DNA of 64,000 nt from an uncultured bacterium (GTDB lineage: Bacteria; Planctomycetota; GCA-002687715), in assembly GCA_902826835.1 (NCBI GenBank), contig CADEGH010000003.1:266083-330082 (forward strand), read 5' to 3'. Positions 44,707-54,118 of this stretch are shown here, in pieces. How positions within the stretch are numbered: position 1 is the stretch's first letter; each line of letters starts with the position of its first letter. Made by a program: the position numbers and the translations under genes. The notes below the pieces were generated by a model, which saw nothing but the letters and a program-made list of their open reading frames with translations, made no database searches and was not told the origin of the DNA.

Positions 44707-45910
44707 CCAACACCAGCGCGGCCGCGACGGCGGCAAAAATCGCCGCCAGCGCCACCCCGGCACCGAGGGTCGCTCCCCCCACTTCGCGCACCAGCACCGG
44801 CGTGAGCAACTGAAACCCTCGCGACACGTTCATGCACGTGCCCGCGGCGGTCGCCCGCACCTCCGGGGGAAAGACCTCGGCGTAGAACGGACCAAAGAAG
44901 GACCACAAGCCCGTGCCCACGCCAGCGACGGCGGCAAACACGAGCACCAGGGAGGGTTGGTGCTGAATGGCCTCCGCGAACACGGTGATCATGGCCACCC
45001 CAGTGGCCATCAGTCCGCAAAACACCACGAAGGCTCGTCGCTGGCCGATTCCGCGGGCCACCACCGCGAACAGCAGATATCCCGCCAACGAGGCGCCCGC
45101 AAAGACATAGGTCCAGTGGGCAGACCCCGAGAGCTCCAGTTTCCAAGTGCCCTTCATGAACTCCGGCAACCAAGTCACCGTGCACCAATAGTTGCCCTGG
45201 CAGGCGAGCGTCAGAAAGAACGCCAACAGAAAGACCGGACGAATCGGTGGGCGCAGGAGAGCCCGAGCTCGCCGTCCAGGGGCCACGAATCGGCCCATCC
45301 GCTGCCAAGCATCCGATTCGGGGATGAGGAAGTACCCGAGCGGAATCAAGAACCCGATACTCGACAGCAGAAAGAAGACCGCCCGCCAGCCTCGATTCGG
45401 ATCGGTGGCCCAATCGAAGGAGAGGAAGGCCGCAGCCGCCAGGCCGAAAGGAGCTCCACTTTGGGCCACGGCCGCCAGGAAGCGGCGGCGCGCGGGAGGG
45501 ATCGTTTCCGAGAGCAGCATCTGCCCGGAGGCCCATTGCCCGCCGACTCCAAAGCCGAGGAGCGCACCACAAACCATGAGCCCTTCCCGGCTCTGCCGAT
45601 AGCCGAGGAGCGACACTGCCGTGGCGGTGACGATCAAGGAACCGAGCATGCCGCTCCGCCGTCCGTAGCGGTCGGCCAACATCCCGAAGAGCAATCCTCC
45701 AAGACCGCTCGCCCCGAGAGCGACGCCGCGAATCCACTTCAGGTCGTGGTCGTCGATCCGGAGTTCGCCACGGTAAAGAGGAGCTAACCAAAAGAAGCAC
45801 ATGAGCGAAGTGAACACGAGGAACCAGCCCGCCCACGCGAACAACACGACCCGAACGTGCGCACCCGAGAGGCGCGGGTGCTGACAGAGCAGGAGGGGTT
45901 CGCTGGTCAA
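44621..45910 (-). CDS. MFS transporter
   Basis: 429 aa with about 12 TM segments. GMLADRYGRR is the MFS loop 2-3 motif. The TTG start overlaps the TerC stop. Confidence 0.8.
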   Translation of the reverse strand: MTSEPLLLCQHPRLSGAHVRVVLFAWAGWFLVFTSLMCFFWLAPLYRGELRIDDHDLKWIRGVALGASGLGGLLFGMLADRYGRRSGMLGSLIVTATAVSLLGYRQSREGLMVCGALLGFGVGGQWASGQMLLSETIPPARRRFLAAVAQSGAPFGLAAAAFLSFDWATDPNRGWRAVFFLLSSIGFLIPLGYFLIPESDAWQRMGRFVAPGRRARALLRPPIRPVFLLAFFLTLACQGNYWCTVTWLPEFMKGTWKLELSGSAHWTYVFAGASLAGYLLFAVVARGIGQRRAFVVFCGLMATGVAMITVFAEAIQHQPSLVLVFAAVAGVGTGLWSFFGPFYAEVFPPEVRATAAGTCMNVSRGFQLLTPVLVREVGGATLGAGVALAAIFAAVAAALVLVIPMRNRDEGLKESGAGPTARSPSPRPR

Positions 45911-46662
45911 GTCTTCTGCCCCGTGGAGGGTGCATCCAGGAAGCGCACGGGGGCGTGTTTGGGCTTCGTGCGCAAGTTGAGCACTTCGACGAAGAGCGAG
46001 AACACCATGGCGGCGTAGATGTAGCCCTTGTCGATGTGCTGCCCGAACCCGTCGGCCACCAAGGTCACGCCAATCAAGAGCAGGAAGGACAGCGCGAGCA
46101 TCTTCATCGTCGGGTGCTTATCGATGAAGCCCGAGATCCGCCCGGCGAACGCCAACATGACACCGATCGAAATGATCACCGCCGCCACCATGATCTCGAC
46201 CCGTCGCGCCATTCCGACCGCGGTGATCACCGAGTCGAGGGAGAAGACGATGTCGAGCAGGAGAATCTGGGTGACCACCGAGCGGAAGGAGGCGAATCCC
46301 TTGGGCTTCGCCTCCGCAGTCTCGCTCGCGCCTTCGAGCTTGTGGTGGATCTCCATCGTGGCTTTGCCGACGAGGAAGAAACCACCAATGATGAGGATCA
46401 GGTCTCGCCCGGAGAAGCTGTGCCCGATGAGGCGGAAAATTTCCCCCTTCAGGGACATCACCCACGAGATCGAGAGCAGGAGGAGGAGGCGCGTGACGAG
46501 GGCGAGGGTCAGGCCCAAGTTGCGGGCCTTCGAACGCTGCTCCGGCGGCAATTTGCCGGCGAGGATCGAGATGAAAACGATATTGTCGATCCCGAGAACG
46601 ATTTCGAGAGCGGTGAGCGTGAGGAGCGCCACCGCGTTGTCGGCCGTAAAGAGCTCGTGCAT
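45907..46662 (-). CDS. TerC-family integral membrane protein
   Basis: 251 aa. LEIVLGIDNIVFISI and LLLDIVFSLDSVITAVG form the duplicated TerC motif. Confidence 0.85.
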   Translation of the reverse strand: MHELFTADNAVALLTLTALEIVLGIDNIVFISILAGKLPPEQRSKARNLGLTLALVTRLLLLLSISWVMSLKGEIFRLIGHSFSGRDLILIIGGFFLVGKATMEIHHKLEGASETAEAKPKGFASFRSVVTQILLLDIVFSLDSVITAVGMARRVEIMVAAVIISIGVMLAFAGRISGFIDKHPTMKMLALSFLLLIGVTLVADGFGQHIDKGYIYAAMVFSLFVEVLNLRTKPKHAPVRFLDAPSTGQKT

Positions 46663-46813
46663 GGCCGAAGCCTATCAGGGTGTCCCGGTCTCCCCGACTC
46701 CCCCGGCCCGAGGGTCGCAGTCGTCCCTGGTTGGATGAGCCGGGACCCAACGAAGCGACCCGGAGCGCGGCGCCCCGGGTCGTCGGTGTCGGATCGATCA
46801 GAGCGAACTCAGA

Positions 46814-47164
46814 TCACATTCCGAGCATCTTCTTGAGCTCGGCCAGCTTGGAGGTGAGACCTCCCATGCTGTCCTTGGCCTTCATGAGGAGCGAGGCGGC
46901 GTCGGCACCCTTGGCCCCCACGAGCTGATTCACGAGGCCCATGGCCGCCTCCTTTTTGCCCATCACTTCTTCGACGAGCTTCAAAGCCTTGTCCTTCATG
47001 TCGCCGCTCATGCCCTCGGCCTTGGTCTTGAGCGATGCCAAGTCCATGGAGGCGAGTTCGGCTTTGAACTTGTCGGCCAATTTGCCGGCGTCCTCGCCGC
47101 AGGCTACGAGGGAAAAGGACACAAAAACGGCAATGCCGAGAACGGCAACCAGATTGCGAAGCAT
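46814..47164 (-). CDS. Small lipoprotein, helical, function unknown
   Basis: Lipobox FSLVAC at residues 18-23. The mature part is Lys/Ala/Glu-rich and helical. Confidence 0.5.
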   Translation of the reverse strand: MLRNLVAVLGIAVFVSFSLVACGEDAGKLADKFKAELASMDLASLKTKAEGMSGDMKDKALKLVEEVMGKKEAAMGLVNQLVGAKGADAASLLMKAKDSMGGLTSKLAELKKMLGM

Positions 47165-47219
47165 AGGATGACTCCTGTCGTTAGGGCTGAGCCGGACGCT
47201 ATCAACTCCGCCCCGACAA

Positions 47220-48257
47220 TCACGTCCAGCGGAACCAACGCAGCGCCAACGCGAATGCGATCCCCCCCACTCCGACCAACATCACGAGGGGGAAGGCGAT
47301 GTCGGACAGTCCCTGACCCTCGAGTATCACTCCCCGCAGGGCGAAGTTGAGCTGGGTGAGCGGGAGCGCGCGGACGAAGGGCTGGATGGCATCGGGAAAG
47401 CGCTCGGCCGAAAAGAAGATCCCCGAGAGGATCCACATCGGCATCATCGCCAGGTTGGTGAGCCCCGACGCGGTTTCCAGACGTTCGGTGCGGCAGGCGA
47501 GGAGGAGCCCCAAACCGCAAAAGCAGATCGATCCGGCCAGGATCACGAGCGCGAGCAAAAGGGGCGCCCCCCCGAGCGGAGCCCCGAACAAGAGCTTCCC
47601 GATCAGCAGAATAGTGAAGACCTCCGGGATCATGAACGCCACTCGGCTGCCGAGTATGGCGAGGAGAAAATCCGACCGCCGCATCGGGGTCGCCCGAAAC
47701 CGCTTGAGCAGCTTGCGGACGCGCATGTCCACCAACACGAAGCCGACGCCCCAAAGACCGCCGCCCATGATGTTCATGCCCACGAGCCCGGGCAGGAGCC
47801 AGTCGATGTAACGGCTGCCCGGCAGCTTCACCGTCTCCCCCCGCGTCATGACGGGGTCCGGACGCCCCTTCGCGCGTTGAATCGCGGAATCCGCCATCAC
47901 CTTGGCGAGGTGATCCTCCGGACGGGACGGGTCGTAGAGATAGACGTACCCCTCACCCTCGGGGATGACGACGAGGTCGGTGCGCTCCGAACGGTGACGA
48001 GCCCTCGCGACCTCGAGGGAGTTCACCACGACATCGATGTCGCCTCCACTCCGAAGCGCCGCAGCGGCGGTCTCGTGCCCGGGCAGCGAGGCCACATCAA
48101 CGGCCGGCCGCGGGGCCTCGTCGGGAAAAGCCAGACCCAAGGCGACGATCAAGAGGATAGGAAATCCGTAGACCCAAAACAGGGCCTCCGGCTCCCGCCA
48201 AAACTCACGCAAGCGTGAAAGGATCAATTCAAAGATGGGGGATCGCGGACTCTTCAC
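47220..48257 (-). CDS. ABC-2-type exporter permease
   Basis: 345 aa. It has an N-terminal TM helix, a periplasmic loop, then 5 TM segments, as in the ABC-2 family. It is adjacent to its ATPase. Confidence 0.75.
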   Translation of the reverse strand: MKSPRSPIFELILSRLREFWREPEALFWVYGFPILLIVALGLAFPDEAPRPAVDVASLPGHETAAAALRSGGDIDVVVNSLEVARARHRSERTDLVVIPEGEGYVYLYDPSRPEDHLAKVMADSAIQRAKGRPDPVMTRGETVKLPGSRYIDWLLPGLVGMNIMGGGLWGVGFVLVDMRVRKLLKRFRATPMRRSDFLLAILGSRVAFMIPEVFTILLIGKLLFGAPLGGAPLLLALVILAGSICFCGLGLLLACRTERLETASGLTNLAMMPMWILSGIFFSAERFPDAIQPFVRALPLTQLNFALRGVILEGQGLSDIAFPLVMLVGVGGIAFALALRWFRWT

Positions 48258-49185
48258 GCAGATGCCTTCCCGTCAATTTGACGAACACGTCTTCGAGCGA
48301 AGCTTGCCGCGTTCGAAGCTCGGCCAGGGTCAGCCCCGCTTCCTCCAACCGGCGCAGCACATCCGGGAGGGTTTCGGTGAGCGACCGCACGTTCCACTCG
48401 AGCGTCGTCCCGCTTCGATGCGCGCTTTGCACCTGCGGCCAGCCCTTTGCCAGGGCCTCGGCCCGATCGCTCATGTCCGCGGAGGGGAAGTCGACCTCGA
48501 TCACGTGATCCCCGCCCACGCTGCCAATCAGGGACTTCGGAGTGCCCAATGCAATCCTCTGACCGCGATCGACGATCGCGATCTCGTCACACAGCCGCTC
48601 CGCCTCGTCCATGTAGTGGGTGGTGAGGACGATCGTCCGCCCCTCGGTCCGAAATGCCCGTAGGACATCCCAGAGCTGGCGGCGCGCCTGCGGGTCGAGC
48701 CCGGTGGTCGGTTCGTCCAAGAAGAGCAACTCCGGATTCCCGACCATCGCGGTCGCCACTGCCAAGCGCTGACGCTGGCCTCCGGAGAGCCGACCGACTC
48801 GTTCCTTCGCCTTCTCGGACAGGCCCACCAACTCCATCGCTTCCGCAGGATCGAGACCACTCCGGTAGAAGGAGCGGAAGAGCCGGAGAGTCTCCAGCAC
48901 CTGGAGCTTCTCGGCCAAGCGTGTTTCCTGGAGGGACACGCCGATGCGCTCCCGAATTTCGCGGGCGGAGTCTTCCCAGCGCCGGCCCAACACCTCCACC
49001 TCCCCGCTCGTTTTTTCCAGCAGTCCCTCGAGGATTTCGACAGTGGTGGTCTTGCCGGCGCCGTTTGGCCCGAGCAGCCCGAAACAACTGCCGCGAGGCA
49101 CCGCCAGATCCAAGCCCCGGACCGCTTCGACTCCCTGCGGATAGGTCTTGCGGAGGCCACGGCAAACGATGGCCGCATCATCCAT
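48229..49185 (-). CDS. ABC transporter ATP-binding protein (DrrA/CcmA-like)
   Basis: GLLGPNGAGKTT, LSGGQRQRLAVA, and LLFLDEPTTGLD. Start taken at MDDAAIVCRGL. Confidence 0.88.
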   Translation of the reverse strand: MDDAAIVCRGLRKTYPQGVEAVRGLDLAVPRGSCFGLLGPNGAGKTTTVEILEGLLEKTSGEVEVLGRRWEDSAREIRERIGVSLQETRLAEKLQVLETLRLFRSFYRSGLDPAEAMELVGLSEKAKERVGRLSGGQRQRLAVATAMVGNPELLFLDEPTTGLDPQARRQLWDVLRAFRTEGRTIVLTTHYMDEAERLCDEIAIVDRGQRIALGTPKSLIGSVGGDHVIEVDFPSADMSDRAEALAKGWPQVQSAHRSGTTLEWNVRSLTETLPDVLRRLEEAGLTLAELRTRQASLEDVFVKLTGRHLREESAIPHL

Positions 49186-49870
49186 GAGGCGCTCCCTTCC
49201 CGGAGGCATCCGTGGATGGGCCCCCGACGTGGCAGTCGAGTACGGACCGCGTCCCCAACTCTGCCCGCACTGGTTGGCCGGGAAGAAGCGGCCCCACTCC
49301 TGAAGGTGTACCCGTGAATATGAGATCGCCGGCCTCCAGGGTGAAGCGCGAGGAAATGAAGCGGACCAGCGCGACCACGCCGTGGATCATGTCCCGGGTG
49401 TTGCCCTTCTGGCGCCAGGTGCCGTCGACGCGGAGCCCAAGGCTCAGATTGCCGAGGTCCCCGACGTCCGAGACCGGCGACCAGTTGCCGAGGGGAGCTG
49501 ATCCGTCGAATCCCTTGGCCACGGCCCACGGATGTCCCTTTACCTTGGCCGCGGTTTGGAGGTCCCGCGCCGTGAGATCCAAGCCAACGGCGACACCATC
49601 GATGGCCAAGGCTGCCTCCGCGGCACTCAAGCGGGCGCCGCCAAGTCCCACGCGCAGCACCATTTCCACCTCGTGGTGAATCTCGCGGCTGAATGACGGA
49701 AGCGCGAGTTCCGCCGGCTCGGAGAGCAGAGCGGTCGAGGGCTTGAAGAAGAGGATAGGTTCTTCCGGAGGTTCCGCCCCCATCTCTCGTGCGTGGTCCG
49801 CGTAGTTCCGTCCGACCGCCACGATCTTGCCCACCGGCAAGACGCGGCCACCCACCACTGTGGTTGCCAT
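49178..49870 (-). CDS. Fumarylacetoacetate hydrolase family protein
   Basis: Trimmed to MATTVVGG... KIVAVGRNYADHAREMG, HHEVEMV, and GDLIFTGTPSGVG. Confidence 0.85.
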   Translation of the reverse strand: MATTVVGGRVLPVGKIVAVGRNYADHAREMGAEPPEEPILFFKPSTALLSEPAELALPSFSREIHHEVEMVLRVGLGGARLSAAEAALAIDGVAVGLDLTARDLQTAAKVKGHPWAVAKGFDGSAPLGNWSPVSDVGDLGNLSLGLRVDGTWRQKGNTRDMIHGVVALVRFISSRFTLEAGDLIFTGTPSGVGPLLPGQPVRAELGTRSVLDCHVGGPSTDASGKGAPHG

Positions 49871-50070
49871 CAGGGCCTCGACTCCCGGGTCCTTCGAACT
49901 TCCGTACTCGCCACGATCTGGCGGCGACGCTTTTCGGATGCGGTCATCCACTCCGCGATCTCGCCACCGGTTCGGGAGCAGCCCACGCACCAATCGGTGG
50001 CGGGGTCGAGTCGGCATACCCCGATGCACGGCGAAGGAGTGGAACCAAATTGATGATTGCCAGGGGCCAT
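49870..50070 (-). CDS. DUF1289 Fe-S/cysteine-motif protein
   Basis: [25 protein letters not shown]. Its stop overlaps the FAH start (TGATG). Confidence 0.65.
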   Translation of the reverse strand: MAPGNHQFGSTPSPCIGVCRLDPATDWCVGCSRTGGEIAEWMTASEKRRRQIVASTEVRRTRESRP

Positions 50071-50119
50071 GAATCGAACTCCCGGGGGGCCTACCGTTGG
50101 CCGCGCGGAGCGCGGGACC

Positions 50120-50572
50120 TCAGCGATCCAAGACTTCGAAGTCCGCGTCGACAACGCGGCGACCGGCTCGCATCATCGCCTCCGGCGGCACCATTCCCTT
50201 TGCGAACGCACGCTGCGCCAAGTGACTGACGAGCTTGAAGAGGGGTTGAGCAAACGCGCGGCGCACGGGAGGAATGAAAATCGCCAGGGCGATGACATCC
50301 GTGAGGAAGCCCGGAAAGGCCAAGAGCACACCGGAAATCAGAGGAGTCAGAAGCCCGGCGAGCCCGTCCGGGGAAGGACGGCTTCGGCCACTCATCAAGT
50401 TGGCCGGATCGAGCTGGGCCTTCCCCCGGTTGATCAGGGAGAGCCCAACCAGGAATGCCAGGCCCAGCATCCAGATCGCAAAAACCGGGCTTCGAAGAAA
50501 GCGCGACACCAAGAGGAACGCCGCGACCTCCAAGGCGAGCACGAAGAGCGCGACCAATCCGACCCACTTCAT
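50120..50572 (-). CDS. fxsA: FxsA-family cytoplasmic membrane protein
   Basis: 150 aa. [22 protein letters not shown].. and ..[22 protein letters not shown] are the typical FxsA pattern. Confidence 0.75.
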   Translation of the reverse strand: MKWVGLVALFVLALEVAAFLLVSRFLRSPVFAIWMLGLAFLVGLSLINRGKAQLDPANLMSGRSRPSPDGLAGLLTPLISGVLLAFPGFLTDVIALAIFIPPVRRAFAQPLFKLVSHLAQRAFAKGMVPPEAMMRAGRRVVDADFEVLDR

Positions 50573-50610
50573 GCGCTCACCCTGTCACTCTCCGGGAAAA
50601 AGACCAGACG

Positions 50611-51645
50611 CTAGCTGGAGAGCGCGGCCAGGGCCGCGTCTCGAAGCGCTTGCGATCGGGTGGAATCGGTGGACCAGGTCTGGAGCAGGTTCATGGCATC
50701 GGGAGTGCCGAGGCCTCGCAAGTAGGAGATGGCCAGCGGGCCAAGCACCTCGTGAGTGCCAAAGCGGTCCGCCAAGACCCGGCCCACCCCCCACGACTGC
50801 GGATTCGTCATCGCGAAGATCCCCGGCGCCAGGGCTCCGATGTATTCGCCTTTGCTGCCGGGGTCCTGGACGTAGGCCAGCGCCCTCTCGAAGCCCCGTG
50901 TATCGCCGAGCGCGCAAAGACCGTAGATCGAGTTGAGCCGAACTCCCTCATGCTTCGAACCCTCGGAGAGTTCGAGCAAGGTGCTCTGGGCCTCCGGGCT
51001 TTTCAGGAACGCGAGCGCGTGCGAAGCCATCGACGCGACGCGGATGTCGTCGGACCTGGCCGCTTCGGTCAAAGCCGGCACCGCGCGCGGATCGCCCAGA
51101 TCTTCGAGCAGCTTGGCGGCGAGAATCTTGGCGTTGGGGTCGCCCGTCGCCAACAAGTCGAGCAAGGGCCCCAAACCCTGTGGCCCCATCTCGCGCAGGT
51201 CACTGGACAACTGCGCGATGGCCGCCGGGTCGAGCATGGATGCCAAGCCCTCCTTCTTGATCTTATCGAGCGCTGCCAGGATGCGGCTCACCCGTTCCGA
51301 CTTCGCGAGATCGCCCACCCGAAGTTGGCCGCGCAGCTTCTCGATCTCGCCCTCGAGCCATGCGATACGCTTTTCCATCTCGGCTTCGCGACGCTTCTTG
51401 ACCTCGAGTTCGCCCCTGACTTGATCGAGCTCGGTGCGGAGCTGGCTGGCCCGGGCATCCGCACGGCCGTCGTCCGGCCGCCCGGTGGTTTCGGTCGCCA
51501 GGGGAGCCACCGTCGGGGTCACACCCGACACGGGCTTCCCCGAAGGCGCCGACTGATTCTGACTGAAGTAGTAGAGCGCTCCCGCCCCGAGAATCGCGGC
51601 GGCCAACACGAACAGCGCCGATGGAAGCCACTTGGTATCGCCCAC
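50611..51645 (-). CDS. Membrane-anchored coiled-coil plus HEAT-repeat (PBS-lyase-like) protein
   Basis: N-terminal TM segment. Coiled-coil segment LRTELDQVRGELEVKKRREAEMEKRIAWLEGEIEKLRGQL. This is followed by repeats of the ..GDPRAVPAL.. type. Confidence 0.55.
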   Translation of the reverse strand: MGDTKWLPSALFVLAAAILGAGALYYFSQNQSAPSGKPVSGVTPTVAPLATETTGRPDDGRADARASQLRTELDQVRGELEVKKRREAEMEKRIAWLEGEIEKLRGQLRVGDLAKSERVSRILAALDKIKKEGLASMLDPAAIAQLSSDLREMGPQGLGPLLDLLATGDPNAKILAAKLLEDLGDPRAVPALTEAARSDDIRVASMASHALAFLKSPEAQSTLLELSEGSKHEGVRLNSIYGLCALGDTRGFERALAYVQDPGSKGEYIGALAPGIFAMTNPQSWGVGRVLADRFGTHEVLGPLAISYLRGLGTPDAMNLLQTWSTDSTRSQALRDAALAALSS

Positions 51646-51657
51646 TTTGGTCCTTTC

Positions 51658-53235
51658 TCAGTTGCCCGCCGCGGAAGCCTTGGGGGCCTCCTCACACTTG
51701 CCACCGGGCACCCGCCCAAGATAACTGGGAAGCTCGATGCCGGCTTGTTTGGCCAAGTCGTGCATCGCGGGAAGCGACCCGATCAGGCCCGAGAGGAACC
51801 CGGCGGTGGCTCCCTTCCCGTCCCGTCCGCCCCCGTCCCACACCGTGATCTTGTCGATCTTCAGGCCTTGGATCGCCTTGACCTGTTCGCCCACGACTTC
51901 GGTGATCTTTTCGATCATCAGCAACGTGGGTGCCATTTCGGGGCGATCACCGCAGGCGCGGATGAGTTGCGAATAACCCTCGGCCTTGGCGTCGAGGATG
52001 AGCTTTTGCCCTTCCGCCTCCGCGCGCCGCCGCGCGAGAATCGCGTCGGCTTCGCCGTTGGCGATGCGACGGATCTGATCGGCGCGGGCATCCGCCTCGA
52101 TCTGCATTTTCATGCGGTTGATTTCTTGCTGCGCGACCTCTTCCTTGGTGAGACGGGCGACTTCGCGCTCCTTCTCCGCATTCAAGATCTCACGATCCGC
52201 ATTGGCGCGGGCGACTTGCGACCGACGTCGAGCGTCGGCTTCGCGTTCCGCGAAGTCGGCATTGGTGGTCGCGATCAGCGCCTTGGACTTGTTCTCCCCT
52301 TCGACAGCTTGAGCCTCGAGGCTCGCCACTCCGACTCGGCGCTCGCGCTCCGCATCCATTTGGCCGGTCGCCGCCTCCGCTTCGAGCCGCGCGAGGACCA
52401 CGAGCTGTTCGCGTTCGGCCTTCTTTTGGCCCTGGATCGCGCCCGACTCGAGCGACGCCACGGCAATGCGCTGCTCCGCCTCGGCCCGCTTTTGTCCCTG
52501 GGTCGACTGCGAAGTCTGATCGGCCACGAGGACGTGCTTCAGGCGTACCGCTTCGGCCTCACCCACGGCGCCTTTTTGTTCCGCCTGCGCGACTTCGATG
52601 CGGGCTTGGTTCACCGCTTCGGCGGCCGCCTTCTTGCCGATCGCGTCGATATAGCCGGACTCGTCGGTGATGTCCCGGATGTTCACGTTGATGACATCCA
52701 AGCCGACCTTCGCGAGTTCGGTCCCGACGTTTTGATTCACGAGTTCGAGGAATTTTTCCCGGTCCTGATTGATCTCTTCGATCGAGAGAGTCGCCAGCAC
52801 GAGCCGCATTTGGCCGAGGATGATGTCTTTGCACTGCTCGCGCAACTGCATGTCGCTGAGTCCGAGCAGGCGCTCCGCGGCATTCTGCATGATCTCCGGG
52901 CGGGTCGAGATTCCGATTGTGAAGGTGCTCGGCACGTTCACGCGGATGTTTTTCTTCGAGAGGGCCCCGATGAGGTCGATCTCGATCGTGCGCGGGGCCA
53001 AGTCCAAAAAGGCGTAGTCCTGGATGAGCGGATAGATGAAAGCGCCACCACCGTGGATGCAGCGGGCGGTGCGTTCGGCGCCGACCTTTCCGTAGATCAC
53101 CAGGATTCGATTGGAGGGGCAACGCTTGAAGCGCGTCGCGATGAAGATGAGCACGAAGAAGAACACCCCCACCACGGAAGCGATCACCCCGAACACCAGA
53201 GGGTCGGCCGCGAGAATCGGCAAGCTCGTCATCAC
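51658..53235 (-). CDS. Flotillin-family SPFH/band-7 protein (YqiK-like)
   Basis: 525 aa. N-terminal TM segment plus SPFH domain (RVNVPSTFTIGIS..), then a long Ala/Glu/Arg-rich coiled coil typical of flotillins. Confidence 0.82.
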   Translation of the reverse strand: MMTSLPILAADPLVFGVIASVVGVFFFVLIFIATRFKRCPSNRILVIYGKVGAERTARCIHGGGAFIYPLIQDYAFLDLAPRTIEIDLIGALSKKNIRVNVPSTFTIGISTRPEIMQNAAERLLGLSDMQLREQCKDIILGQMRLVLATLSIEEINQDREKFLELVNQNVGTELAKVGLDVINVNIRDITDESGYIDAIGKKAAAEAVNQARIEVAQAEQKGAVGEAEAVRLKHVLVADQTSQSTQGQKRAEAEQRIAVASLESGAIQGQKKAEREQLVVLARLEAEAATGQMDAERERRVGVASLEAQAVEGENKSKALIATTNADFAEREADARRRSQVARANADREILNAEKEREVARLTKEEVAQQEINRMKMQIEADARADQIRRIANGEADAILARRRAEAEGQKLILDAKAEGYSQLIRACGDRPEMAPTLLMIEKITEVVGEQVKAIQGLKIDKITVWDGGGRDGKGATAGFLSGLIGSLPAMHDLAKQAGIELPSYLGRVPGGKCEEAPKASAAGN

Positions 53236-53285
53236 TGTCTCCTTATTCCCTGACTGAAATCAGTCCCGTGCGATCGTCAAGAGTC

Positions 53286-53834
53286 TTACGCCGCGAGCAC
53301 CACCAGGGTGCCAGTACCGTCGATGGTGTCCACTCGGATGCGGGCGCCGGTTGGAAGCGCTGGCCCGGTCGTCGTGGCATCCCAGGTGACGAGTCGCCCC
53401 TGAACGATGATCTGCACTTGGCCCCGCCCCAGGGCGGGGACCGTCGAGTAGACGGTGCCGGCGCTTCCGACCGCGCGCTTGGGATCAAGGGTTCCCGCCG
53501 ATTCGAGCGCCCGCGCCCTGATCATCAGCGTCCCGAGGAGCCACACCAAGAACAGTCCGAAGACCAGCGACAAGAGGGTCGCTCCCGCGGCCTTGAGCCC
53601 AAACGTGCTCAGCGCCAGGAGGCCCATCCACCCCGTGCCCATCGCCAGCACGGAAAGCGACTGCATCGACAGGAGCTGGAAGGCGTGATCGGAGCTGTCG
53701 ATGTGACCGTCGCCAGTGTCGGCGTCGACGCCGTGGTGATCGGCCCCGAGCAACAGGAGCGCGGTTCGGACCACGAAGATCAGCGAACCCGAAACCGCCA
53801 AAATCCAGAATGCGACGGTGAGCTTCTCTTCCAT
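53286..53834 (-). CDS. NfeD/YqiJ-like membrane protein (flotillin partner)
   Basis: Trimmed to MEEKL... It has 3-4 TM segments plus a C-terminal OB-like segment GRGQVQIIVQGRLVTWDATT. It sits immediately upstream of flotillin. Confidence 0.6.
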   Translation of the reverse strand: MEEKLTVAFWILAVSGSLIFVVRTALLLLGADHHGVDADTGDGHIDSSDHAFQLLSMQSLSVLAMGTGWMGLLALSTFGLKAAGATLLSLVFGLFLVWLLGTLMIRARALESAGTLDPKRAVGSAGTVYSTVPALGRGQVQIIVQGRLVTWDATTTGPALPTGARIRVDTIDGTGTLVVLAA

Positions 53835-54118
53835 CGAGGTGCTCCGATGAGGTTGGAGTGTCTCCCTGAGGTCGAAGGGAGGTGTCAGCAAGTCTACGCC
53901 GCATACGCGCCACCGACGCCTTCATTGCCGTTCTCTCTGGGCTGGATTGTCTGGCGCGGATTGTTAGAAGACTCGGCTTGAAATTGGTCCGTTGGATCCT
54001 GGGAGCCCACGCGGCTCCGACCTGAATCGACCCCTCCGCCCGCCCCGGCGGTCGGGTCCGGTCCGGACCTACCTGCTGAATCCCGACTCCCGAGCGGGCC
54101 TCTCCGTGGAGACCACCG

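Noticed and set aside
46663-46813. yybP-ykoY (Mn2+) riboswitch in the 150-nt leader of the TerC-family gene
   Set aside because: TerC genes often carry this riboswitch, and the leader contains GGGGAGU and GAGACC. These lie only about 8 nt apart near the 3' end, which is incompatible with the four-helix motif as I remember it.
50455-53253. 932-aa plus-strand ORF
   Set aside because: It is antisense to the HEAT-repeat and flotillin genes and has a wrong-frame composition. The same reasoning rejects 4183..5811(+), 8418..10052(+), 9900..11258(-), 20508..21881(-), 22465..23766(-) and 25381..26898(-).
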